Positions 56,689 to 64,000 of a stretch of DNA of 64,000 bases are shown here, one piece after another. Position 1 is the first letter of the stretch. The number at the start of each line of letters is the position of its first letter. The DNA comes from Sporomusaceae bacterium (GTDB lineage Bacteria > Bacillota > Negativicutes > UBA1444). The DNA lies in NCBI GenBank assembly GCA_018434355.1, contig JAHDPL010000029.1:1127-65126 (forward strand), in the 5' to 3' direction. Under the pieces are notes generated by a model. That model had not been told where the DNA came from. It saw only the letters and a program-made list of their open reading frames with translations, and did not search any database. A program made the position numbers and the translations under genes.

Positions 56689-59406
56689 ATGAAGCTGAAA
56701 CTGTGTCAGGCGAGATTAACACGGCAACTGCTGGCTTTTTTGCTCGGAGTCAGTATTATTCCGTTGCTGGTCTTGGGTTATACATCGACGGAGACATCCA
56801 AGACCATACTGCAGGAACAGGTGCGGCGAAATACCGTTGAATTAATGGTAAAACAAAAGGATTATCTTGAGCTGTTGTTGGATGGGATAGAAAGTTTGAT
56901 CGCCAACATTTCAAGCGTTGATGACGTGAAAAAAGCCATGCTGGAAAGCAGCAGCTCCGATGACTATGCCAGCCTCTATACCCAGGCCAAGATTGGATAC
57001 ATTCTAAGCGGGTACAGCAACATCCGCGGTTTAGTATCGATTGATGTTTTTTCGCTTAGCGGAGTGCATTATCATGTTGGTGACACACTCAACGTAAACG
57101 TATTGCGGCGGGAAGTTAAGGAAAAACTTTTTGACGCGGCATTTGCCGCCAAGGGCGCTATTCTCTGGACAGGTATCGAAGACAATGTTAATGCGAATTC
57201 GGCGCAAGCAAAGGTGATCACCGCTGCAAAAGCTTTCTACCGGTTTGATGTTCCCAGTCTGACGGAAAAGCCGGTAGGTTTGTTGTTGGTAAACTACAGC
57301 GTGGAAAATTTTTATCAACATTTTAACCAGCATGACTCAGATCCCTTGTCACCGATGATTATTGTCGATGCCCGTAATCGAATTCTATTCCATCCAGATC
57401 GCACCTTAGCCGGTAGCATAGTTAATGAGGGATTGATGGCTCGCATGCATGGGAATGTCGGCTCATTTGTCGATCGTGTTAATGGACAGGACATGTTTGT
57501 CGCTTACAGTCGCTCAGAAAAAAGCGGCTGGACGCTGATTAGAATGGTGCCTCTCCAGACGCTCAATGAAAAGGCGGATTCTATCCGCAATACGACGTTA
57601 CTGGTTATGGGCATTTGTTTTTTGGTGGTGCTGATTCTGACGCGAGTGTTTTCCCGGCGGGTTGTTGAGCCGCTGATTCAAATCACCAATTCTTTTAAGG
57701 AGTTGCAGTCAGGAACTTTGGACGCAAAAATGCGGTTGCCGGCGCCGGACCTGCATAATGAAATCAGCGAGTTGGTAAATTGGTTCAATGCTTTTCTTGA
57801 TAGTCAGGCCAAACGGCGCGTGATGGAAGAACAACTGACAGAGAGCAGGGAAAAGTATCTATCAGTAATTAACAGCATTTCGGAAGTGATTTTCCAGACG
57901 GATGCGGCTGGAAACTGGACACTGCTCAATCCGGCCTGGACCAAGATCACCGGATATGATTGGAAACAGAGCCTGGGACTTCACTTTGTCGATTTGGTTT
58001 ATGTGGAGGATTTAAAGGCTGCCCAGGACTTATTGAACAGCGTGTTGAACCAGCAGGCAGGATTGCGCACTACCTTACGCTTTGTAACCCAGGCTGGCGG
58101 AATTTGTCATGTCGATGTCTATGCCAGCGCCATTTTTGACAAGTCCGGGGTTGTCACTGGCATGACTGGAGCTCTCAGCGATGTTACGGAACGCGTATTG
58201 CAAGATCAGGAACTGCGTAGAGCGCAGGCGGCATCTGAAGCTGCCAACAGAGCAAAAAGCGAATTTCTCGCCAACATGAGTCACGAGATCCGCACACCGC
58301 TCAATCCGATTATCGGCATGACACAATTGTTGCAAAACACGGCATTGGATGAGGAGCAACGGGAACTGGTGAACACGGTTCACTATGCAGGCGAAGCGCT
58401 ATTGGCGGTTATTAACGATATCTTGGATTTTTCCAAAATTGAAGCCGGCATGATGGACATTGAAAACCTTGATTTTCAAATTCATCCTTTAATTGAGGAA
58501 CTGACCGGTTTGATGGTTTGGAAAGCCCGTGAAAAAGCAATATCGTTAAAAAGCTTTATCGAGACCGAAATGCCGCCGATCCTGCATGGAGACGCCAAGC
58601 GAATCCGCCAGGTATTGCTGAATTTGGCCGGCAATGCCGTCAAATTCACTCACGAAGGAGAAGTGTCTATTCGGGTGGCGGTGAAGGAAAATAGCGCTGC
58701 CGGCTGTATTGTGCGGTTTGAAGTCCAAGATACCGGGATTGGTTTGTCGCCGGCTGCTCAGGCGCGTCTGTTTCAACCATTCGTTCAGGCTGACGGATCG
58801 ACGACCCGAAAATACGGCGGTACCGGTTTGGGTCTTTCCATCTGCAAACGACTGGTGACCTTGATGGGAGGGAAAATCGGCGTCGAGAGCGTTGTTGGCA
58901 GTGGATCTCTATTTTGGTTTGAGTTGCCGCTGTTGCACGGACAGGACCTAGCAGCGCCGCAAGAGGCTTCCATTCTCCGTCGGTCGGCTGCTTTGCCTGC
59001 ATCTGCGCAGGAGAGTAGCCTGATGACTGGGCGTTCCTGCCGCAAAATCCTGCTTGCCGAAGACAACGTGGCAAACAGGAAATTAGCGCTAATCTTGCTG
59101 AAAAAGCTGGGTTATGAGACGCAAGTAGCCGTGAATGGACGTGAAGCGGTTCAGGCGGTTGTCGAAGGAGAGTTCGCAGCAGTGTTGATGGACTGCCAGA
59201 TGCCAGAGATGGATGGATTTGAAGCAACGCAGGAAATACGGATGTGGGAGAATGATAAAGACCGTCATGTGGTGATCATCGCGATGACGGCCAATGCGTT
59301 GCTTGATGATAGGCAACGATGTTTGCAGGTGGGGATGGATGACTATATCAGCAAACCGATTCATCCGCATGAACTTAAGGAAACGTTGGAACGTTGGATA
59401 AAATGA
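56689..59406 (+). CDS. Hybrid sensor kinase (Cache-HAMP-PAS-HisKA-HATPase-REC)
   Basis: Two TM segments; EFLANMSHEIRTPLN, GGTGLGL, and C-terminal REC (AEDN...MDCQMP...KP). Confidence 0.93.
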   Translation: MKLKLCQARLTRQLLAFLLGVSIIPLLVLGYTSTETSKTILQEQVRRNTVELMVKQKDYLELLLDGIESLIANISSVDDVKKAMLESSSSDDYASLYTQAKIGYILSGYSNIRGLVSIDVFSLSGVHYHVGDTLNVNVLRREVKEKLFDAAFAAKGAILWTGIEDNVNANSAQAKVITAAKAFYRFDVPSLTEKPVGLLLVNYSVENFYQHFNQHDSDPLSPMIIVDARNRILFHPDRTLAGSIVNEGLMARMHGNVGSFVDRVNGQDMFVAYSRSEKSGWTLIRMVPLQTLNEKADSIRNTTLLVMGICFLVVLILTRVFSRRVVEPLIQITNSFKELQSGTLDAKMRLPAPDLHNEISELVNWFNAFLDSQAKRRVMEEQLTESREKYLSVINSISEVIFQTDAAGNWTLLNPAWTKITGYDWKQSLGLHFVDLVYVEDLKAAQDLLNSVLNQQAGLRTTLRFVTQAGGICHVDVYASAIFDKSGVVTGMTGALSDVTERVLQDQELRRAQAASEAANRAKSEFLANMSHEIRTPLNPIIGMTQLLQNTALDEEQRELVNTVHYAGEALLAVINDILDFSKIEAGMMDIENLDFQIHPLIEELTGLMVWKAREKAISLKSFIETEMPPILHGDAKRIRQVLLNLAGNAVKFTHEGEVSIRVAVKENSAAGCIVRFEVQDTGIGLSPAAQARLFQPFVQADGSTTRKYGGTGLGLSICKRLVTLMGGKIGVESVVGSGSLFWFELPLLHGQDLAAPQEASILRRSAALPASAQESSLMTGRSCRKILLAEDNVANRKLALILLKKLGYETQVAVNGREAVQAVVEGEFAAVLMDCQMPEMDGFEATQEIRMWENDKDRHVVIIAMTANALLDDRQRCLQVGMDDYISKPIHPHELKETLERWIK

Positions 59407-59422
59407 TGGAGAGTGATCGGAA

Positions 59423-59761
59423 ATGTCATTCCTAATTGAAAAGGCAGCCGAGGAATTAATGTTGGAACCGGAAGAATTACAGGAAATTTTGCAGGCTTAT
59501 TTTGAAGATGCGCCGCAAATATTGGCGCAAGGACGACAGGCGGCAGATAGGCAAGATTGGCTCGGCCTGGCTAGAAGCATGCATGCTTTCAAAGGAGCAT
59601 CCCTTAACCTGCGGCTTGATCGTCTGGGGGAACTGGCGAGTCGGGCCGAACAGGGAAATGCTTTGCTAATCGCGAATTTATTTGAAGTGTTGCAGGCGAT
59701 GGAAGTTGAACTGCGTAAAACAGAAGCGGAAGTCGCCGATTTTTTTGCCCGGCGGGCATAA
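59423..59761 (+). CDS. Standalone Hpt protein
   Basis: MHAFKGASLNL.L..L...A...E motif. Confidence 0.86.
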   Translation: MSFLIEKAAEELMLEPEELQEILQAYFEDAPQILAQGRQAADRQDWLGLARSMHAFKGASLNLRLDRLGELASRAEQGNALLIANLFEVLQAMEVELRKTEAEVADFFARRA

Positions 59762-59784
59762 GATTTCTGACTGGAGGCAATGGG

Positions 59785-61185
59785 ATGTCACTTCTTAGCG
59801 CGGGTCATATAGGTGGAATCGTGGCTACTCTGGCATTGGTATCGGCAGTGGGTCTTTACGCTGGCAGCAAGGTCAAGACGGCCGCCGATTTCTCTACCGG
59901 CGGTCGCAGCGTTTCTTCTTCAGTTGTCGCCGGGGCAATCATGGGTACTTTGGTGGGCGGGGCCTCGACGATAGGGACGGCGCAATTGGCCTTCCAATAT
60001 GGATTTGCGGCCTGGTGGTTTACCTTGGGGGCAGGAATCGCCTGTGCCATATTGGGAATCGGCATGGTGCGGCCGATGTGGGAAAGCAAGGTGGAAACCT
60101 TGCCGCAATATCTGGTGAAGACGTATGGAATAGCTATGGGCCCCATCTCCAGCATATTCACTTCCATGGGGATGTTTTTCAGCATGATAGCTCAGGTTCT
60201 ATCGTTTTGCGCATTGGTCACCACGCTTTATCCAATGGACCCGACGCTTGCGGCTGGATTCGGGATTTTGCTGGTATTGGCCTATGTTTTGTTTGGCGGC
60301 GTCTGGGGAACCGGACTGACCGGTATCGTAAAACTGATACTGCTGTACGTGGCGATGTTGTCCTGTGGAATCGCGGCCTATAGTATGTCTGGCGGCTGGA
60401 GCGGACTGAGCGGCAGTTTCCCGTCTTTCCCTTGGTTTTCCTTATTCGGGCGGGGTGTTTCGCGCGATCTTGCAGCCGGCTTTTCGCTGGTTGTCGGGGT
60501 ACTGTCTACCCAGATATATTTTCAGGCATTGTTGTCGGCCCGTAGCACAAGCGAAGCGAGAAAGAGCGCTTATATTTCTGCGTTGCTTATTCCGCCGATC
60601 GGTATCGGCGGAATTTTGGTCGGGTTGTTCATGCGGGCCAACTTCCCACAGACGGTTTCCAGCGAAGTATTGCCGCTGTTCGTATTGAAATTTTTGCCAC
60701 CGATTTTGGCGGGAGTTGTTCTGGCTACGCTGCTGATTTCTGTTGTGGGGACATGGGCGGGAGTGACACTGGGGATTTCGACAATGTTGACCAAGGACCT
60801 CTATCAACGATTCCTGCGGCCCCAGGCTGGCAGCGGGGAGGCGCTACTGGTGCAGCGGGCGGTGATTGTCGGCTTATGTCTGATAGCGCTGGTGTTTGTC
60901 AGCGGCAATGCAGGCAGTCTGATTCTCAGCTGGAGCTTCATGGCGATGGGGTTGCGCGGTTGCACGGTACTGTTTCCGTTGCTGGGGGCGATGTTCTTCC
61001 CCGGACGGGTCACGCCACAAGCAGGTATTGCTTCGGCGCTACTGGGCCCGTTGGTCAATGTGGTTTGGAAGCTGGTTTATCCGAGTGGCCTGGATCCGTT
61101 GTATCCCGGATTGTTGGTCAGTTTGCTGGCGTTGGTCGGGCTGAGCTGGCTGGCGCCTAAACCGGTCGCGGAATGTAAACAGTAA
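59785..61185 (+). CDS. Sodium:solute symporter (SSS) family protein
   Basis: DF..GGR, GT.VGG.ST.G.A..A...G and T.P.YL...YG motifs; about 13 TM. Confidence 0.88.
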   Translation: MSLLSAGHIGGIVATLALVSAVGLYAGSKVKTAADFSTGGRSVSSSVVAGAIMGTLVGGASTIGTAQLAFQYGFAAWWFTLGAGIACAILGIGMVRPMWESKVETLPQYLVKTYGIAMGPISSIFTSMGMFFSMIAQVLSFCALVTTLYPMDPTLAAGFGILLVLAYVLFGGVWGTGLTGIVKLILLYVAMLSCGIAAYSMSGGWSGLSGSFPSFPWFSLFGRGVSRDLAAGFSLVVGVLSTQIYFQALLSARSTSEARKSAYISALLIPPIGIGGILVGLFMRANFPQTVSSEVLPLFVLKFLPPILAGVVLATLLISVVGTWAGVTLGISTMLTKDLYQRFLRPQAGSGEALLVQRAVIVGLCLIALVFVSGNAGSLILSWSFMAMGLRGCTVLFPLLGAMFFPGRVTPQAGIASALLGPLVNVVWKLVYPSGLDPLYPGLLVSLLALVGLSWLAPKPVAECKQ

Positions 61186-61196
61186 TGTTGAAAGAC

Positions 61197-61229
61197 TGAA
61201 GGGGCGCCGATGCTGTCGGCGCCCCTTCA
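61197..61229. terminator. Hairpin between convergent genes
   Basis: tgaaggggcgccga-tgctg-tcggcgccccttca. Confidence 0.7.
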
Positions 61230-61259
61230 AAGTGATACGGTAAAAATATCTCGGTCGGA

Positions 61260-62141
61260 TTAGATTTCTAGACCAATCCGGCGCATCCAGGCCAGGATTT
61301 TCTCATCCTGTCCGGCGGCAAGGCTGAACGGAGCTGCAACCGTCGGACCGCAAACTCCCAGTTTATTCAGGCCGAACTTGACGACTGCCGCATTGGGGCC
61401 AAATCCGCCCATCATCGGAATCAGGGAAGTTTTTTTCTGCATTTCGACCGCGGCGGTCATGTTTCCATTGATAAACGCGTTGTAGACAGCGGCGCACTGT
61501 TTGGGGAACAGGCTGCAACCGGCGTAAATACCGCCTTTGGCGCCTAGCTGATAAGCGGAGAGTCCTAATGCCGGATTGCCGGACATTACGGCGAAATCAG
61601 CGCCGGCCGTGACATCGATAAAACGTTGCATGCCGAAGAAATCACCGGAACTGTCCTTGATGCCGATAATGTTCGGATGTTCCGCCAATTTGGCCACCGT
61701 ATCGGCAGTGAAGGCCACCTTGGTCATCTGTGGAAAGTTATAAATGACCACAGGCAGGCTGGATGCGTCGGCTACGGTTTGATAGTGACGGATTACTGCG
61801 GGCTGATCCATGTTGAAATAGTAGGGAACGGCGACCAATACGCCATCGGCCTTGCTCTGTCCGGCGATTTTTACTTGTTCGACCGTCCGTTGGGTTCCTG
61901 GTTCGCCGCACCCGATCAATACCGGAACTTTGCCATTTACTTCTGCCAGGGTGGTTTCCATTACCTGTTGCCGCATTGACTCGTTCATCGCCGGGAATTC
62001 GCCGGTGCTGCCGAGTGCGACGATGCCGTGCACGCCTCCGTCAAGCAGGTAGTGGACCAGTTTTTTCAGGGCGGCCTGGTCGATTTTTTCTTCCGGGGTC
62101 AGCGGGGTGGCCATTGCCGGGTAAACGCCTTTCAATTGCAT
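61260..62141 (-). CDS. DapA/NanA/KDG-aldolase family lyase
   Basis: GSTGEF, YN.P and GIKDSSGD (Schiff-base Lys) motifs. Confidence 0.88.
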   Translation of the reverse strand: MQLKGVYPAMATPLTPEEKIDQAALKKLVHYLLDGGVHGIVALGSTGEFPAMNESMRQQVMETTLAEVNGKVPVLIGCGEPGTQRTVEQVKIAGQSKADGVLVAVPYYFNMDQPAVIRHYQTVADASSLPVVIYNFPQMTKVAFTADTVAKLAEHPNIIGIKDSSGDFFGMQRFIDVTAGADFAVMSGNPALGLSAYQLGAKGGIYAGCSLFPKQCAAVYNAFINGNMTAAVEMQKKTSLIPMMGGFGPNAAVVKFGLNKLGVCGPTVAAPFSLAAGQDEKILAWMRRIGLEI

Positions 62142-62167
62142 GGGGAGCCCTCCTTGTTATTGTTTAA

Positions 62168-63034
62168 TTACCAGCAGTCGGCAATTTCCTGCCACTCACG
62201 TGGTTTTTTGCCTTGGAACCGTTGCTTGTAGTTTTTGGCTGCCAACCACTCAAGTCGGCGAGTTGTGCCTAGAGTCATGGTCGGTTCCACGCTGACTTCC
62301 TGCATCATCAGCATCACATCGTGCATTTCGTGGACTTGACGTTCCGCATGCACCGCGCTGGCAGTGACCAACCAATCCAGTGTTTCTTTGAAACTGGCAG
62401 CGCTGAGCGTATCCTCGATGGAACGAAGCACTGCGTCTTCGACCCCCAGTTTGGTCGCGGCAGCCAAAGTTTCCACTGCTAGTGAGGCCAGTCCCTTCAT
62501 CGCGATACTTCGAACCAGTTTGATCGCAATCGCATCGCCGGCGTGATCGCTGACTTTGCTCAGGTTCATGCCAAATGGCGACAGCCGCTCGATGAAGGCA
62601 TCGCTGCCCCGACCGCTGAGTAGTGTCGGTACTTTGTGATGCTGCATGCTCAGTCCGCCCATCAGGGCGCCATCGACGAATAAAGCGCCGCCGGATTCGA
62701 TGGCCTCGGCCATTTTCTTTTTGCTGGCAGCAGTCGAGGTGGAGACATCGGCATAGATTTGTCCCGGCCTAAGCGATGCAGCGATGTTCAGTGCAGCCGG
62801 CAGAGCTTTGCTGCCCGGAACCGCCGCGATGATAACGTCAGTTGCAGCAGTGATCTCGAGTGGACTGTTCACTAGTGCAACGCCGGCGTCCCCGGCGCGT
62901 TCTCGCACGAGCGCCCCAAAGCGGGAATCGTTGATCATGGGGTCAAAAGCAATAATCTCCGTCAACCCTTCCTGGGTTAAGCCGCGCGCCAATTCAAAGC
63001 CGACTTCGCCAAATCCGATGAACCCAAGTCGCAT
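62168..63034 (-). CDS. NAD(P)-dependent oxidoreductase (6PGD/3-hydroxyisobutyrate DH-like, DUF1932-type C-terminus)
   Basis: GFIGFGEVG Rossmann motif, D.A.MG, A.AIKL.RS..MKG and HA.R...EM motifs. Confidence 0.85.
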   Translation of the reverse strand: MRLGFIGFGEVGFELARGLTQEGLTEIIAFDPMINDSRFGALVRERAGDAGVALVNSPLEITAATDVIIAAVPGSKALPAALNIAASLRPGQIYADVSTSTAASKKKMAEAIESGGALFVDGALMGGLSMQHHKVPTLLSGRGSDAFIERLSPFGMNLSKVSDHAGDAIAIKLVRSIAMKGLASLAVETLAAATKLGVEDAVLRSIEDTLSAASFKETLDWLVTASAVHAERQVHEMHDVMLMMQEVSVEPTMTLGTTRRLEWLAAKNYKQRFQGKKPREWQEIADCW

Positions 63035-63184
63035 ATTTCATCCTCCAGATTCCTGTTAACCCCGAAAAAGAATGATTGACAAAATAGTCTGACATAATGT
63101 AATTTTAAAGCACAATAACTTATGATGTAAAGCGAATAATTTCGATTGTACCAAGTAGAAATTTTCATTACGGGAGAAGTGCGT

Positions 63185-64000
63185 GTGGACCATAGCATCA
63201 TCGACACATTTTTGACGGTTGCCCGTACCAGAAATGTCGGTCAGGCGGCTGAACAACTGAATCTTTCTCAGTCCGCGGTCAGCAAGCGGTTAAAATTGCT
63301 GGAACAAGAGATTGGTGTGGAACTGTTTGAGCGAGTGAAAGGCAATAAAAGCTTTTGCCTTACGTCGGACGGGGAAGGGTTTATTGATGTGGCGGAGCGC
63401 TGGCTGGCGATTTGGCGTGAAACCCAGTCGTTTCAATATCGCAGCGCTCAACTATCTTTGGCGATTGGCACGCTTGACAGTCTCAACTATGCTTTGTTGC
63501 CGCAACTTTACCAGGCTCTGAGTCGGCACCAACCCCGACTGAACCTGAAGGTGATCACTGCCCATTCGCGGGAACTGTATGATGCAGTGGACCGACGGGA
63601 AGTCGATGTCGCCTTTACGCTGCTCAGGCGGGAACATCCCAATGTAGTGATGCAACGTTGTTTCAGCGAACCGATGGTGGGATTGCGATTGGCCGAACCC
63701 GGAGAAAACCCGGTCATTTTGCCGCCAGTGCATCCGCACAGTTTGGATCCTGGGGATGAGTTGTTTGTCTACTGGGGGCCGGCTTATCAGATGTGGCACG
63801 ACCAGTGGTGGAATCCGGTCAGTCCCGGACGGATTGTGCTGGACACCGCCCAGTTGATATTTTCTTTTTTTTATCATCCCCGACAGTGGGCGATCGTTCC
63901 GCTTTCAGTCGCCCATAAAGCCAAACGGAGTGGGGCATTCAATATCTTCTACTTTACCGAAGGACAACCAGATCGCGTTTGCTATAAAATCGTCCATAAA
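63185..64000 (+). CDS. LysR family regulator, truncated by window end
   Basis: GTG start; MDHSIIDTFLTVARTRNVGQAAEQLNLSQSAVSKRLKLLEQEIG..LF.R; divergent from the dehydrogenase/aldolase pair. Confidence 0.9.
   Translation, partial: MDHSIIDTFLTVARTRNVGQAAEQLNLSQSAVSKRLKLLEQEIGVELFERVKGNKSFCLTSDGEGFIDVAERWLAIWRETQSFQYRSAQLSLAIGTLDSLNYALLPQLYQALSRHQPRLNLKVITAHSRELYDAVDRREVDVAFTLLRREHPNVVMQRCFSEPMVGLRLAEPGENPVILPPVHPHSLDPGDELFVYWGPAYQMWHDQWWNPVSPGRIVLDTAQLIFSFFYHPRQWAIVPLSVAHKAKRSGAFNIFYFTEGQPDRVCYKIVHK

Overview
Chromosomal window of about 53 genes from what looks like a diderm Firmicute (Negativicutes, Sporomusaceae-like). The lineage is inferred from Bacillota-type genes and SigA/SigH-like promoters combined with an outer-membrane-type protein. 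No IS, prophage, rRNA, tRNA or CRISPR array was seen. The left half (1-27 kb) holds housekeeping and accessory genes: a D,D-carboxypeptidase, LysE/Lrp, a flavoprotein with TetR, small secreted proteins, a diguanylate cyclase under a c-di-GMP-I riboswitch, argD, AraC plus a B3/B4 editing domain, tandem hemerythrins, AbgT with M20 amidohydrolases, and a P-type ATPase under a yybP-ykoY (Mn2+) riboswitch. The right half (27-61 kb) is a dense c-di-GMP/phosphorelay region. It contains an nfrB-nfrA-like glycan synthase/exporter pair with an MshEN-like domain, a MORN protein and a REC-PucR regulator. It also has three hybrid kinases (one ending in a degenerate GGDEF with an intact I-site), a REC-HK, two standalone Hpt proteins, and active and dead HD-GYP proteins. 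A partner-switching (RsbW/STAS/PP2C) plus MCP operon with no sigma gene in the window, a GGDEF-HD-GYP protein, a second c-di-GMP riboswitch before a STAS gene, and a LuxPQU-like binding-protein/kinase/Hpt unit complete it. The best candidate for an undescribed system is the NfrAB-like, c-di-GMP-gated surface-glycan machinery in a Firmicute together with its surrounding signalling network. All calls come from motif reading only; no database searches were run.
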